A DNA stretch of 64,000 bases from Eledone cirrhosa (taxonomy: Eukaryota): the NCBI GenBank assembly GCA_964016885.1, contig OZ024741.1, forward strand, positions 88,164,001 through 88,228,000, read 5' to 3'. The first letter of the stretch is position 1. Each line of letters opens with the position of its first letter. Under the pieces are notes generated by a model. That model did no database searches. It saw nothing but the letters and a program-made list of their open reading frames with translations, and was not told the DNA's origin. The position numbers and the translations under genes were made by a program. This document shows positions 40,012 through 53,623 of this stretch, one piece after another.

Positions 40012-40277
40012 CAGTGGTCTCCAACTTTTTTTATACCATGGACCAGCTTCATGTCAGATAATCTTTCTGCGGACCGGTAGTTGCACATATGTGTTATTTA
40101 AGTGAATTTAGATAAAAAGAGCAATATGTTAAAGAAGATGAATATTGAATATTTAAACAAATCTTTTTAAATTAAAATCCAATATTCAATTTATCTATTA
40201 TATAATTTTAAACAAGTTAATTATTTCTTTGTGGCCTGGTAGCAAATGATCTGCGGACCGGTGGTTTGGGACCTCTG
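40012..40277. mobile_element. hAT (Charlie-like) MITE nested in a SINE
   Basis: TIR cagtggtctccaac / gtttgggacctctg, subterminal gcggaccgg motifs, right flank ctctag; the 8-bp TSD is not preserved. Confidence 0.75.
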
Positions 40278-41209
40278 CTCTAGTTGATTCAATCAATCGA
40301 ATTACTTGCTTGTAAAAATAACATGTAAGTGGCTTAGCATTCCACTAAGAGATTCAGTGTAATGTGTTACAAAACCAGTTCCTTGAATTACATGTACAAC
40401 TCATTTTTGTCAGCGGAGTTGATGGAAGCAATATGAAGTAAAGTGCCTGGTTGAAGGACACAGTGTGTCAGCATTCCTGGAATAAAACTCACAACCTTAT
40501 GATTGTGAGCCCAGCACCCTTGCCACAGAGTCACATGCCTTCACATTTATTAGTGGAGGTTAGGTCAAGCCCTGTAAACATCATCTCTCAGTTGAATAAC
40601 AGACTGGCATGGTAGTTTAGCTTTGGTAACTAGATAAGATCTCAAGTTTTAAACAAGGCATATAGTTGAAAAGGTAGTAGTCAGATACAAGTCCAACATT
40701 TAAAAGGCTAAAGATTGGCCACTACAACTATTCATAATAATCTCTTATTTTTTACAAGACATCTTTTGTGGGTTTGCTAGTTGTAGTCAGTTGAATTAAA
40801 CCCTTTTAATACTGACTCTACTCAGACAACTTCTGCTTCTTTGTCGATACAAAAACCTTTACTTTTAAAGTGTTCATGTTTATTAAACCATTCTATCAGA
40901 CTTTTATATAAGAACTGTTTAACTTATCTTCCATACATCACTTTAATATACTAATTGACAAAAATGTTTACTAAATGCTTCAAATACTCAATTGTTTTTT
41001 TAAGAATTATTTAAATAACTAGGCAGTGTATTTCGTTAAAATATAGGAGGGTTAATTCCACTAATTAAGGCTTACATATACCATACTTTGTTATATTAAA
41101 AAAGGTAATGGTTTTGTATCAGGAAGGGGATCCGACCCTAGAAAAACTGCCTTAAAAAATGTCTTGTCTAACCCATGCAAGCATGGAAAAAGCAGATATG
41201 AAAAATAAA

Positions 41210-41240
<31 letters not shown>

Positions 41241-41259
41241 CACGCACACATACACACAT

Positions 41260-41298
<39 letters not shown>

Positions 41299-42609
41299 TA
41301 GATAGGCAGATAGAAAGAAATGGCAACTTGGAAAGCTGTAATGTGTGTTTTATAATTAATATGTATTTTTATGCATATATGTGCATAATACACTGGAGAT
41401 ATTTAAGTTTGCAGTGTTCTGTTTAGAGAATGATTCTATTTATATATTAAGCAGTAGTTTTGTTTTTATATTTTGATTGAGCTATATAAATAGCTGAATA
41501 ACTTTACCAAAGCATTTTATGTTGAAAAATAATTTTTGACAAGATACATGCTTTGTTAATTTTGTGTGTTGTGTATGTTGTCTGTGCATATGAGAGAGTA
41601 CTATCAAAATATTGTCAATTTTTTAGAACCCCGAGGGTATTGAGGTAGTGACTTGGCAGAGTAATTAGAACATTGGATAGAATGCTTTCTATTCTGGCTC
41701 CCTGCACTTTAAATCCCAACAAGGTCAACTTTGCCTTTCATGCTTTAAGTTTCATTAAAAAAAGAAAAAGCCATACCAGTCCAGTACTGGTTTTGATTCT
41801 TCCTCTATCTCTCTTCTTTTTGAAGAAACAGGCTGTATTCAAACTAGGAGAGGTGATGTGCTCTACTTGGTTTAAAATGCCCAAGAAATGCTGTATGTCA
41901 CTATAACTCCACCAGGAGTAACAGGTTCATCCATACATACATAGGGGTCATTGAACTAGACACTGCCTTTCATAATTTTTCTAATGTTTTTCTTCAGAAT
42001 TTTCTATATCTTTCTGAATTCACTATTCATTAATTATTTTTACTTTACCATTTTGACTAGATGCTTAATTTTTGTTGTTTAGCCTTAGGTCAGCCCTGAT
42101 CAAACAGATCTACAGTTATGTGCTTTTCAGCTGCAACCATGTAATCATTTTTTTTTCTTTTTTTTTAGGGGAAGGGGTTCATATAGTGTATCTAGGATTA
42201 TGTTATCCAATGTTTCCCTCATTTTTTGAGACACTAGGATGCCCCAGTTACTGAATTTGACAGAATATCCCCTAAACTCATGATATGCTGTGTGTGTGTG
42301 ATTCTAATCATTGCTTGAACCATTCTCCTCTGATAAAATCAAACAAAAGTTGTTTTTAACCATATATTTCTGCATTGTCATCATTATGCAAATCCTTTGT
42401 GGTAGACTAAGATATTCCTTGGTAATGGTTGAACAAGTTTTCAATTTATCAGTCGCCATTTGTAGTATTTGTGTATGTATATAGTTGATGTGTGTACGTG
42501 TGTGTTATTAAATCATTATAAAAATGATCAAACTGGATCACAGTTGTGTTTTCAATATAACATATTTGCAAGAAAAGCTGTTCCCTACTAATACAAATAT
42601 ATACATATA

Positions 42610-42618
<9 letters not shown>

Positions 42619-42682
<64 letters not shown>

Positions 42683-42693
42683 ACACACCCACA

Positions 42694-42771
<78 letters not shown>
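42619..42771. repeat. (CA)n microsatellite
   Basis: CA run of about 150 bp. Confidence 0.99.
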
Positions 42772-42773
<2 letters not shown>

Positions 42774-42820
42774 AGCCAAACTTAAGGCCCGTTTACTTTC
42801 AGTACTTGCTTTTATTTCAG

Positions 42821-42840
42821 CTCTGGTGACATCTGTCATG
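42821..42840 (+). CDS. Candidate 20-nt microexon (phase 2 to 1 reading SGDICH)
   Basis: tacttgcttttatttcag|CTCTGGTGACATCTGTCATG|gtatcc; UGC upstream. Confidence 0.3.
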
Positions 42841-43499
42841 GTATCCTGTGGGATTATCCATTTATTCAGAACTGGTGGGTTTTTAATGGGTCTGCTTTCG
42901 GAAAAAAAAAATTCTTGCATTAAATTTTTCCTCTTTGTTTATATTTCTTCCACATTGAAACAATTTTTTAAAAATACCCTGGCACCAGTTTTTATTATTT
43001 TTCCTCCACATTTATTTCATATATATGTATATGTATATGTACATATGTATGTATACACATGCATATATATATATAAACATACATACACACACATATGTAT
43101 GTGTGTAATTATTTTTTAAATTCTGGCTGCTCTTTATACATTTCCTTCTGAAAGATGAAGTTGATATCATATTGTGCTGTTGTGGCATTCATGCCTCCAT
43201 GTCACACATATCTTGCTTTTTTCTAACTTGCTTCTGGTTATGAACCTGATACAGGTTTTTTAGTGCTGCAGTCAGACCATGCCTCCCACTCTGCATTGTT
43301 AACTTTGTTTGCTTTCACCGAATATTTCCCTAACCCCAAAAATATTTTTCATGTATTGTGTGTGAATGTGAGTATATATATATACCATCATTGTCATCAT
43401 CATTATCATACTTCTGCATTCCATGTTGGTATGGATTGGACAGGTCAGAAACACCTCATATTTGCCATGGTTTCTACAGCTGGTTGCCCTTCCTCTGTT

Positions 43500-43543
<44 letters not shown>

Positions 43544-44861
43544 TATATATATACTTTTAGTCATATGCCAATGTTGAAGTGCATTTTTCAAACACCCACT
43601 TAATTTACAACCAGCAAAACGTACACATGCACACACACGTACACACACACTATTTGTTTAATCTGTGGGTTTGCCAGTTAGAATTTTCAGAATACTTCAA
43701 TTTTATCTGTGAGCATTTCTTGAAATTTTCTCCAACACAAAACAAATATTCAATGACTCAAATTTAAAAAAAGAGGTGGAAGAAATGGAAATTGGGGTGG
43801 GGGTAGCTTGACACTCTTTGCTGGATCATGCATCACAGCTGTACTCCGCAGACAAGATGGTGAAAGTATTCCTGTGGAGAGCAGTCAATGATACCTGTTG
43901 CACCAGCCATTCCATCTCATGTAGCTCATTTGTCAAGTGAGATGCCCTCTCCTCTATTTGCCATAGGAAATGACAGTCCAAGGTCTGAGGACACAGGAGT
44001 TAATTAGTTAATGATTGGTACATTATAGAACAGAATATTAAGATCTAGATAATTGATTTAGCCATCATTAGAACCTTGGACAGGTTGTTACGGTCTGTGG
44101 CTAGACGAGTCAGGACCTCTGTATTCTGAGTTCACAAATCCTGCCGAGATCCATATTACCTTCTTTTCATGGTCAATAAAGTACCAGCCTAGTGCTGGTA
44201 CAGCTCTCTCTCTCCTTCTAGATATCACATACAGGATGTTCCATTGGGTCAAAGAGGGGAGGGTATCTATCTACTCGTGACTGTATGAGCATCTAAAACC
44301 CTTAGCGAAAGCATGGTACATGCTACCAAGTTACACTCAATTGTGAGTGACAGCTGTAGTATTAAATTGTACATTGTGACCCCTTATATGGTGTGATACT
44401 TTTGTGAGCATCTTTTTACCACTGTGGCTCTCCTCAGGTTAACACATAGACAAGTGTTTTATGACCATTTTCTTTGCTATAGCTGGGGTTAGCTTTGTGG
44501 GTCTCATCACAGGCTTTTTGAAGCAATGTTTTATAGTTGGATGCCCTTCCTGGTGCTAACACTTTTAATCACCTTTTATGGCATACAGGGATACAGTGTA
44601 CATATTCTAAACTAGATACACATACAAGATAATTTGCATAGGTATTAACCAAAAGTAAGATATTTAAAATATTTATGTTTTTGTATTTGTAATAAATATA
44701 ATAGATAAAAATGATATTGTTACACTATGATAATGAAGAGAGGGGGCATAATTTCAAGAAAAATCAGAACATTTCCAATTGAGCTATATTTTCACTATAC
44801 AAGTTAAATACTTAAATCATTATATAAAAATAGGTTATAAACATTCACTTTTTATTCATTC

Positions 44862-44921
<60 letters not shown>

Positions 44922-45037
44922 TATTGAGAGTATTGTGGGTGTTTCAAAGAGAGGTTGCACATTTTAAATTATATCAATTGATTACAAGATATCATTTACT
45001 ATATAGTGTTTCAGTGAATTTTGGTCCTTTGTGTGTA

Positions 45038-45076
<39 letters not shown>

Positions 45077-45089
45077 ATCATCTCATTAT

Positions 45090-45233
45090 CATCACAGAAC
45101 AAAACCACTGCCTAAGGTTTCAAGGCCCAATATTGACCATATCTCTAGATTGTAAAAAGGATCAAAATCATTCTGGAGATATGATCAATATTGGGTCCTG
45201 AAACTTTAGGTGGCGCTTTCGTTCTGTGTATGA
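45090..45233. repeat. Inverted repeat with arms of about 60 bp
   Basis: cacagaac..cctaaggtttcaaggcccaatattgaccatatctc / gagatatgatcaatattgggtcctgaaactttagg..gttctgtg. Confidence 0.92.
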
Positions 45234-45549
45234 CCATCAATAAATAATATATATCAGCTCTCATCCCTGATTGTGCACTGTTTTCCTTTTTCCTTTTTCA
45301 CACCTATGGATATTTTATATATATATATATATAGAGAGAGAGATAGATAGATATTATCCCTAGAAGAGTAAAGAATAATTTGTCTGATCTTTCAATATGC
45401 TGCTGCTCTTGTGTTGTAGTAGTAGTAGTGACTCTGATATTTCTTCCTTTCCTTCCCCCTCTCTCTATTTCTCTATCTCTTTGCAAATGGGTGAGTAACT
45501 GCACCTTATATAGCATGGCTGCTTCTATGCTTCTCTTTTGGTGCTACAG

Positions 45550-45572
45550 CAATTCTTTAATATTTGTTGGCT
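45550..45572 (+). CDS. Candidate 23-nt microexon (phase 2 to 1 reading NSLIFVG)
   Basis: gctgcttctatgcttctcttttggtgctacag|CAATTCTTTAATATTTGTTGGCT|gtatga; three UGC motifs in the acceptor region. Confidence 0.3.
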
Positions 45573-46211
45573 GTATGAGAGCATCTGGAATATTTGGAGT
45601 AGGAGGGACTGGGCCAGTGGCTGTAAAACCCAAGGAACCCAACCTTGAATTCACATAACATTGTGATTTTTTACATTTAGTTGTGTGTATATATGTGTGT
45701 TTGAAACAACATGGCTAATTGCATTTTTGCATCTTTTGCTTTGTCTAAGTCTCACATAGCTTAATTCTACATGAAAATACATGCAACATACACACATAAA
45801 TGCATTCAGTAGCATTTGTTACAACTGTCTGTATCTTAAAAGCACTCAGCATGTCATAGGAGACATACCTGAATGTCCCTTCTTTTGTTTGTTTGTTTTA
45901 TTTATTTTCTCTTCTTCTCTGCTATTGAAAGGTGTGACATGGTACTTGTGTCATATTAATTCCCCCTTTCTATTTTCTAGTGTTTCAATTGTATTTCATT
46001 AAATATTTAACAAGAGGAGCTATTAAAGACAGCATGTATATTGTCATCATCATTTTATGTCCATTTTCCATGCTGGCATAAGTTGCTTGGGTCATCATGG
46101 TCCAAGAATTGATGGATCCTCTATGTTCCAGTAGAAAAATACTGTACTTACTTGGCATCAACTGTGTATATGTTTGTGAGACAGAGAGAACATGCATGCC
46201 ACACTATGACA

Positions 46212-46833
46212 TTCTCTCTCTCCCTTTCTCCTCTTTCCTTCTCTCTCCCTCCCCTTCCTCTTTCCTTCTCTCTCCCTCCCCTTCCTCTTTCCTTCTCTCT
46301 CCCTCCCCTTCCTCTTTCCTTCTCTCTCCCTCCCCTTTTTCCTTCTCTCTCCCTCCCCTTTCTCTTTCCTTCTCTCTCCCTCCCCTTTCTCTTTCCTTCT
46401 CTCTCCCTCCCTTTCTCTTTCCTTCTCTCTCCCTCCCCTTCCTATTTCCTTCTCTATCCCCCCTTCCTCTTTCCTTCTCTCTCCCTCCCCTTCCTCTTTC
46501 CTTCTCTCTCTCTCTCCCCTTTCTCTTTCCTTCTCTCCCCTTTCTCTTTCCTTCTCTCCCCTTTCTCTTTCCTTCTCTCCCCTTTCGCTTTCCTTCTCTC
46601 CCCTTTCTCTTTCCTTCTCTCCCCTTTCTCTTTCCTTCTCTCTCTCCCCTTTCTCTTTCCTTCTCTCTCTCCCCTTTCTCTTTCCTTCTCTCTCTCCCCT
46701 TTTTCTTTCCTTCTCTCTCTCCCCTTTTTCTTTCCTTCTCTCACTCCCCTTTTTCTTTCCTTCTCTCACTCCCCTTTTTCTTTCCTTCTCTCACTCCCCT
46801 TTTTCTTTCCTTCTCTCACTCCCCTTTTTCTTT

Positions 46834-46889
<56 letters not shown>

Positions 46890-46900
46890 ACCTCTTCTCT
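46212..46900. repeat. Polypyrimidine minisatellite (unit approximately ctctttccttctctctccctcccc) ending in (CT)n
   Basis: Almost purine-free tract of about 690 bp. Confidence 0.97.
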
Positions 46901-48779
46901 TCTCTCCACCCTCAAAACAATTTGACAATATTTGTTCGTGGAAAATATTTGCTAATATCTTTAAAAGTATTGATATAACAACAACAATATCAACACCAAT
47001 GATTATGAAGATGTTTATATTACTGGCAGAAATTGTTTACATATACACCCCATCCTAATATTTTACTTTTAAACTATAGGACCTTTACAACATAATTATT
47101 AATTAATGTAATTTAGATGTAGTAAATAATTATTCACCCATACAACAATCTGTGTGTGTGTCCACTTCTGTTTGTGCATGTGTATGTCCCTCTGTCTGTG
47201 CCTCTGTCTCTGTGTGTACAGTAAAAATGTGTGGCTTAGTGATTAAGGTGCTGGGCTCATGGTTGTAAGGTTGTGAGTTCAGTTCCCAGTTCACTCAGCT
47301 GGCAAAAATAAGTTGTACTTGTAATTCAAAAGGCCAGCCTTGTCACACAATGTGTATTACTGAATATTCCTGAGAACTATGTTATGGGTGCATGTATCTG
47401 TGGAATGTTCAACCACTAACTCATTAATTTCACATGCAGGCTGTTCCAGTGATTGAATCAACTGGAATACTCATCGTCAGACAAGATATCCAACAATGTG
47501 TGTGTGTGTGTGTGTGTGTGTGTCTGTGTGTGTTGCCCACAGACATTCTACTCAAGCTTCTGAGATAAACATTTCCTCTGTGGTATTCCTGGCCATCCAC
47601 TGCTGGTCAGGAATATGGTTGCCAAGGTTACTAATTAATTATTATTAAAATCTGTAAATAATTCCTACTTATCTATATTTCTCCATATATCTTTCCTGTT
47701 ATCATCTCAGTGATCACCTAATCACCATGACCATCATCACAATCACCCTAATCACCATGACCATCATCACAATCACCCTAATCATCATTACCATTACCAT
47801 AACCACCACCATCTTCATCACCACTTTTACCATAATCACTCACTGCTACAGCCATCATCACCATCTTTAAATTTAAAAGCTGAATCAGTTTGTTCAGTAT
47901 CTAATGTCAGCTTCTAACCAGGTGGGTTTGTTGTTTAATTATATTAAACGAAGATGATGATGATGATGATGATGATTAATCACTGTTTATGGTGGAGTCT
48001 AATATTTCACTATAATTTCCTCCTCCTCCACCTACCACCAGTGTCCTGTTACCTTACAATAATAATAATAATACACTCAATATTCCTGTTTATTCAACAT
48101 GTACAAGGGTTTTTTTTAAAGACACAGTAGTGATGTTAAGAGAACAGTTGGGTGGATTGAATGCATTTGGGCAATGATGCTATACAGTTAGCTGGTTCAG
48201 AGGAGTAGTATGTGTAGTAGCAGAAGAAAGGAGAGAAAGATAACACATTAATGGCTTTGGTGGTTTAGTTCAGTGAAAGTTTGTTAATCAATCAGATGGA
48301 CGTTTTTTATGTGATCTAAAATATTTGTATTGTAGTTGTGGCCAATGTTTCTTTTTTAGTCTAAGATCAACCCTCATTAAGTAGGCCTATGATCAAAAAC
48401 ATTCTAGTTATGACCATCCTGTCTGGGTTTTTTAGGTAAGTGTATCCATGACCAGATTATTCAATGTGTCCTTTCCTACTCTGATATGGCAAAATCCAAG
48501 GAAATTTGGCTGTTACTTTTAGCCAGTCAAATGGCCACAGATTCTCTTGATGGCTTGTATCTTTGTGTGTATGTATAGCAGCTGGAATTTTAGCTGTTAA
48601 ATAATGATAAAACTATAATTTTACTGAATTAATCAACAGAGGGGATGTTTTCTGTAGCCTTTTCAAGCCCTTCCCTACTTCCTGCTTCAATTATGATTAT
48701 TTTATCACATTAATCTCACCAATCTACAAATGCTTACAGGGTTCATGCATGCTTTCTCTCCAATATTACTGGAATGTAG

Positions 48780-50340
48780 ACATAGTTAGGAATAGGTGTC
48801 CAGAGTTACGCAGTCTTAGGAAAGTGAGTCTAGTTGGGAGCTGTAGAGGTTATTCATGAGGTGAGTAAAATAGAAATTAGTGTAGTATCAGTGCAGAAGA
48901 CAAAATGAGAACCTATATCATTGGAAAAACTTGTGGTTAATGTATGAAATCTTGACTGTCAAACATATTTTCTTCAATGTGTTTGCACGGAAAATATCAA
49001 CCGATGCTAATCAAGAGAATTTCAACTTCAGCTAATTGGCTACACAAACTATTATTTGTGATATGCATGGTTGACTTAGAATGCATAAACAAGGTCCCAA
49101 TTACTGGAAATAGAATGTGTTGTTAGCACACAGTCTACTGCCACTAGATTGGCAAATTTTTTAAGTGGCAATTGACAGGAGCAGTAGAAAAAACCCATTG
49201 AAGGGTCACTCTGAAGAAGGCGATTTAAGTAAAATCAATAGGATTTAGCAAAGAAGTAGATTAGACAGCAATCTAATGAACAAACCAATAGAAATGTCAC
49301 AACCAATATACTAGCAACATAAATGGTCAAAGACCATTTCCATTGCTGTGAAATATAAAGGTTGCATAATCAGAGCTAAAGCATGTGTTCTTAGACACGA
49401 GGGTAAGAAAGTTGTTCCATGGGTCTGGGTGGTAGAGGTGTAACATTGCAATAAAACCACATTCAATTTTTGATAGACCTGGATTGTTGCATGCTACTTG
49501 ATTTCAAGCAAATGTCTGCTGCTTTCAAACAGCACTTTGTTCAACTGTTTGGGGCAAACAGCAATAATGATCTGGAGACCATTGCAAAATTTAGTGCCTA
49601 CCTCTCAGTTGTGGCAAACAGTGGGAAACACTGTGAAAAGCAATAACAGCAGCTGGGATATGATTGGCAGTAAGTGATTCTACCAGTGGTAAATCTCTTG
49701 ACTTAGAAGATCTGCTCTTCGAACTTTATGTACATATGTCCAGACTTGTCTTGATAAATATTCCCTGAGCCAGAAAGTGGTGATGCTGCTGATGAGAGAT
49801 ACAAACAAGGGCATAGATAATTTCTGGTTGATAATTCTGCTGAATGCAGAGTTTGAGGTTTTGGCCAAGGTGTTATCAAAGAAGTTGGCTCTAGTCAATA
49901 TTTTAGTCAGCAATGTATAGGCCTGGTTGATCTTGAGCAGTGACTTCAGTTCACTGATTGGGGTAAATGATGACTTATCAAAACCCTTTTTGAATCACCT
50001 ACCCAGTCAATTTTTTGTATATACTAACTCTCAAGCCAATTTTGCAGAAACGGTGGGTTTTAAGAGTGCAATTGGGATGTGAAAAGCTGTGGACACAACT
50101 GAAAGGACTAAAGACAGGCACTTACCTCTATAGCCTTCATCAAATTTTTTCAAGTTTCACTTGGAGAGGAAGATGAGGAGGTTGAGATAGTTGCTGTTTT
50201 CCTTATTATATTTGTTAAAAGGTGGGCAAGTGTCAAGAATGTCCTGCTCTGGGAAATACAACTGGGAGATGGTTTCAGAGTAATCGTGGATCTGTGAGGT
50301 TCCTTGATTTACTCTGCTTGGCAATCTTCCTTTTGGTACA
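48780..50340 (-). mobile_element. Highly degenerate LINE-like relic
   Basis: Less AT-rich non-SINE block; minus-strand FTPIS...YTLLTKILTR resembles the RT motif RPISLL..YKILTKIL. Confidence 0.35.
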
Positions 50341-51343
50341 TCATCATACTTTTATTTGATTTCAATTTGTACACCCACAGTTCTTGTAATGTATCCCTGT
50401 AATATCCACTCATTCATCATCCTTGGGCTAATAATAAATAATTTTTTTATCGTTATCATCATCGTTATTATCATCATTATTGTTATCATTATTATTATTT
50501 TTATTGTGCGTTCTCACTGCATTACCAAGCACAGTTCTGTGTGCCTTGGGGATGTGCAATGTTATTTCTATTGTATTATTATTATTATTATCAGAATTGT
50601 TTGTGTCAAACAAACTGCCTTACCATATTTCTTCCAGGTCTTTAAATTTCAAGTTAAAACCTCACTGTGATGAACTTTGCCTGTAATTCTTCCATGGTCA
50701 ATAAAATATAGGACCAGTTAAATACTAGAGTTGATTTAATCAACTAATGCTGCTCTTAACCCAATAAAATTCTGGTCTTGTACCTATATTAAAAATAATT
50801 ATTACTATTTAAAATTAGAAACCATTATTACTATATTTTTAATTTTATAGATAGGACCAGCTAACAATATTGCTTATAGGGAAAACACATTTTAATATAT
50901 GTTTTATTTATTTTGTTTCTTTATTTTCTCTATATTTATTTTCCTTTTTATTCAGTAAAATTTCCCAATAACAACTACCATACCTCTATATTACAAAAAT
51001 AGCACCACCACCATATGATGTAATGCTAGCATCTAGCATGTTACTTAGCATGCTTCAAATGCTTGTCTCATGTTTCTGCTATAATAATGCTTTGCTCACC
51101 TCTCTTTTGACTTGTTTCTTTTTGTAGTTTTTTTTTTAATTTAATTTAAACTGTTTCCTCTCTATAATTAATATTTGTATATGTGCACACTTTTGTTTTA
51201 TAATTTTATAATTTTTATTGTTTATTGTGTTTGTTGTTTATGTGTTTCTTTGTAAAAAAATAAATAATGAATATCGAAAAAATAAGTAAAATCAGCTTTG
51301 AGCTTGGCAGACGAAATGAACTCATTCTCTTTCCCCCCTACAG

Positions 51344-51364
51344 GATCTTTCTTCGAGAGAATGT
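51344..51364 (+). CDS. Candidate 21-nt frame-preserving microexon (GSFFERM in phase 1)
   Basis: gaactcattctctttccccccta-cag|GATCTTTCTTCGAGAGAATGT|gtaagt: branch-like ACTCAT, strong pyrimidine tract and consensus donor. Confidence 0.6.
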
Positions 51365-53242
51365 GTAAGTATGACCCCTTTTGTTAGGGGAAATATTGGG
51401 TTGTTTTGCAAAAGCAGAAACTGACAGAGGGAGAGAATGAAACACAAACATTTCAAAAAGCTGAGAGAAAGTATATTTATATATCAAACCTGACCTATTA
51501 GCTGATCCTCAGATGAAACCAATGAAACATTATTTCCATTGGTCTTTTCAAAACTATGTTAAACTATGTTCCTTTCTCTGTATCACATTGGCTTCACCCA
51601 AAATACAAAGTCTTAGGCCTCTTCTGGAACTGTTCAAAGCATTTTGGCTCTACCTAAAGAGAAATTATACTATTTACTTTTTAGTTGTCCCTATAAGATT
51701 TATAAATGTATAAAATTATTTCATTAACATTTTTATGGATGGGACATGGCCAAAAGCCTGAAGTTTGCTTCACAATTATGAGGATCCTTGTTCAGTCCCA
51801 CTACATGGCATCTTAGCCAAATGTCTTTTGCTATAGTCTTGGGCTGACCCAAGCCTTGTGAGTGAAATTCAGTGGACATAAACAGATGGACTGTATCTTT
51901 AATTTAAAGGTTCAGCCTTGTTACACATTGTCATGTTGAAACTCCCTGAGAATTACATTGACATATCTATGAAATACTCATATTGGCTATTCCATTGACC
52001 AAACAACTGGAGCACTCATCATTGAAACCAACAAAGCTCCATTTATTCTTAATGTAGCTTAGTTTACTCACACACACACACACACATGCAAACTTAACTC
52101 TTAACATCCTGTAATGATTTAGCAGAAAAAACTGCTTATAGTAAAAAATTACAGTATTAGATTAAAGACTTTAATTTGTAATGTAATGCTGTCATAGTGC
52201 TGTTTTCTACTTTTCAAGAAAGTTTCACTAAAGCAGTTTCATGGAGTACAGGATGTTAAAAATTAAATTATAGAGAAAGCCCTACTAACCTTGCTAGAAT
52301 ATTGGCTCCAAGTAAAGCTATCTAGCCTGTCAAAATTATCAATAAACTATCCACATAAATTATATTTTCATCTGTGATAGTTTCTTTCATCTCAGTTGTA
52401 GCATATCTCACAGTGTTGTTTGAATGACACACTACTTACCTGCTCTGTACATTGGCTGAGAGGTTTGTATGATGTCTTCAGACAAATGCTTAATGGTATT
52501 TGTTCTAGCTCTTTACATTCTGAGTTCAAATCCCACCAAGGTCAACCTTGCCTTTCATCCTTCCAGGGTCAGTAAAATATAGTGTCAGTTAAGTACTGGG
52601 GTTGATATAATCAATTTTCCCCTTTTCCTAAACTGCTGACCAATGTGAGAAAGAATTAGAAAAATAGACCAACTGCACATACAAACATTATCACATTTGA
52701 TGACTTGTTGAGCAACATTTAGTAATGGATAATGCTTGCTTAATTTTACTAATATAAATGAATTACTAAATTATTCACACATACACTCACACACACATAC
52801 ATTGGTGAATTAATTACTTAACTAACTTTTCGTGTTTTTTTAAATTAAGGGTTGCTTAGAATATTAAATATATTTTTGCACTTAGGGCAGGGATTAATCC
52901 ATTCAACTAGAATTTTATATATCAGTTTAGAATAGGTACACCATATCCCTACATGTTGTAAGTAGCAACTAAAGGGTTGGTATCAAGCAATGTAAAACAT
53001 TGTCTCAAAATGTCTCCTCCAACCCATGCCAACATGGAAAAGTTGACATAAAAACAATGATGATGATGGATAATTTGCATAAGGGTACGGTTATTTTTAA
53101 TAGCTCTATACTCTTGTAGGCAAAAACCATTCTGTTTTGAAGCAAACTGTGTTATGTGCTTTGCTTAGGTACTGTAGTAACACATGACCACCTATCTAAA
53201 TTCAGTGATACCGCAGTCTTAATCCTGTTTTTACACACACAC

Positions 53243-53578
53243 TGGCTTAGTGGTTAGTGTCGGGCTTACAATCGTGAGATTGTGAGTTTGATTCTCGAAT
53301 CAGGCTTTGCGTTGTGTTTTTGAGCAAGACACTTTATTTCACGTTACTCCAATTCACTCAGCTGTAGAAATGAGTTACGATGTCACTGGTGCCAAGCTGT
53401 ATTGACCTTTGCCTTTCCTTTGGACAATATCAGTGACGTGGAGTGGAGAGACTGGTATGCAGGAGCGACTGGTGGTCTTTCACAAAACAATCTTGCCCAG
53501 ACTTGTGCCTCGGAGGGAACTTTCTAGGTGTAAATCCCATGGTCATCCATGACCAAATGAGGTCTTTACCCTTACCCT
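53243..53578 (+). mobile_element. tRNA-derived CORE-type SINE family B (related copies at about 7105-7345+, 7950-8268-, 26690-26955+, 31600-31760-, 40280-40525-, 47228-47490+, 60290-60525+)
   Basis: tggcttagtggttag A box, gagtttgattctc B box, CORE-like ttgtgtttttgagcaagacactttatttcac. Confidence 0.85.
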
Positions 53579-53623
53579 TTATATATTTATTTATTTATTT
53601 ATTTATATATATATATATATATA

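Noticed and set aside
45981-45990. 10-nt exon TGTTTCAATT
   Set aside because: Weak donor context ATT|gtattt
46097-46978. Overlapping ORFs of 200-293 aa on both strands
   Set aside because: Polypyrimidine/polypurine repeat artefact
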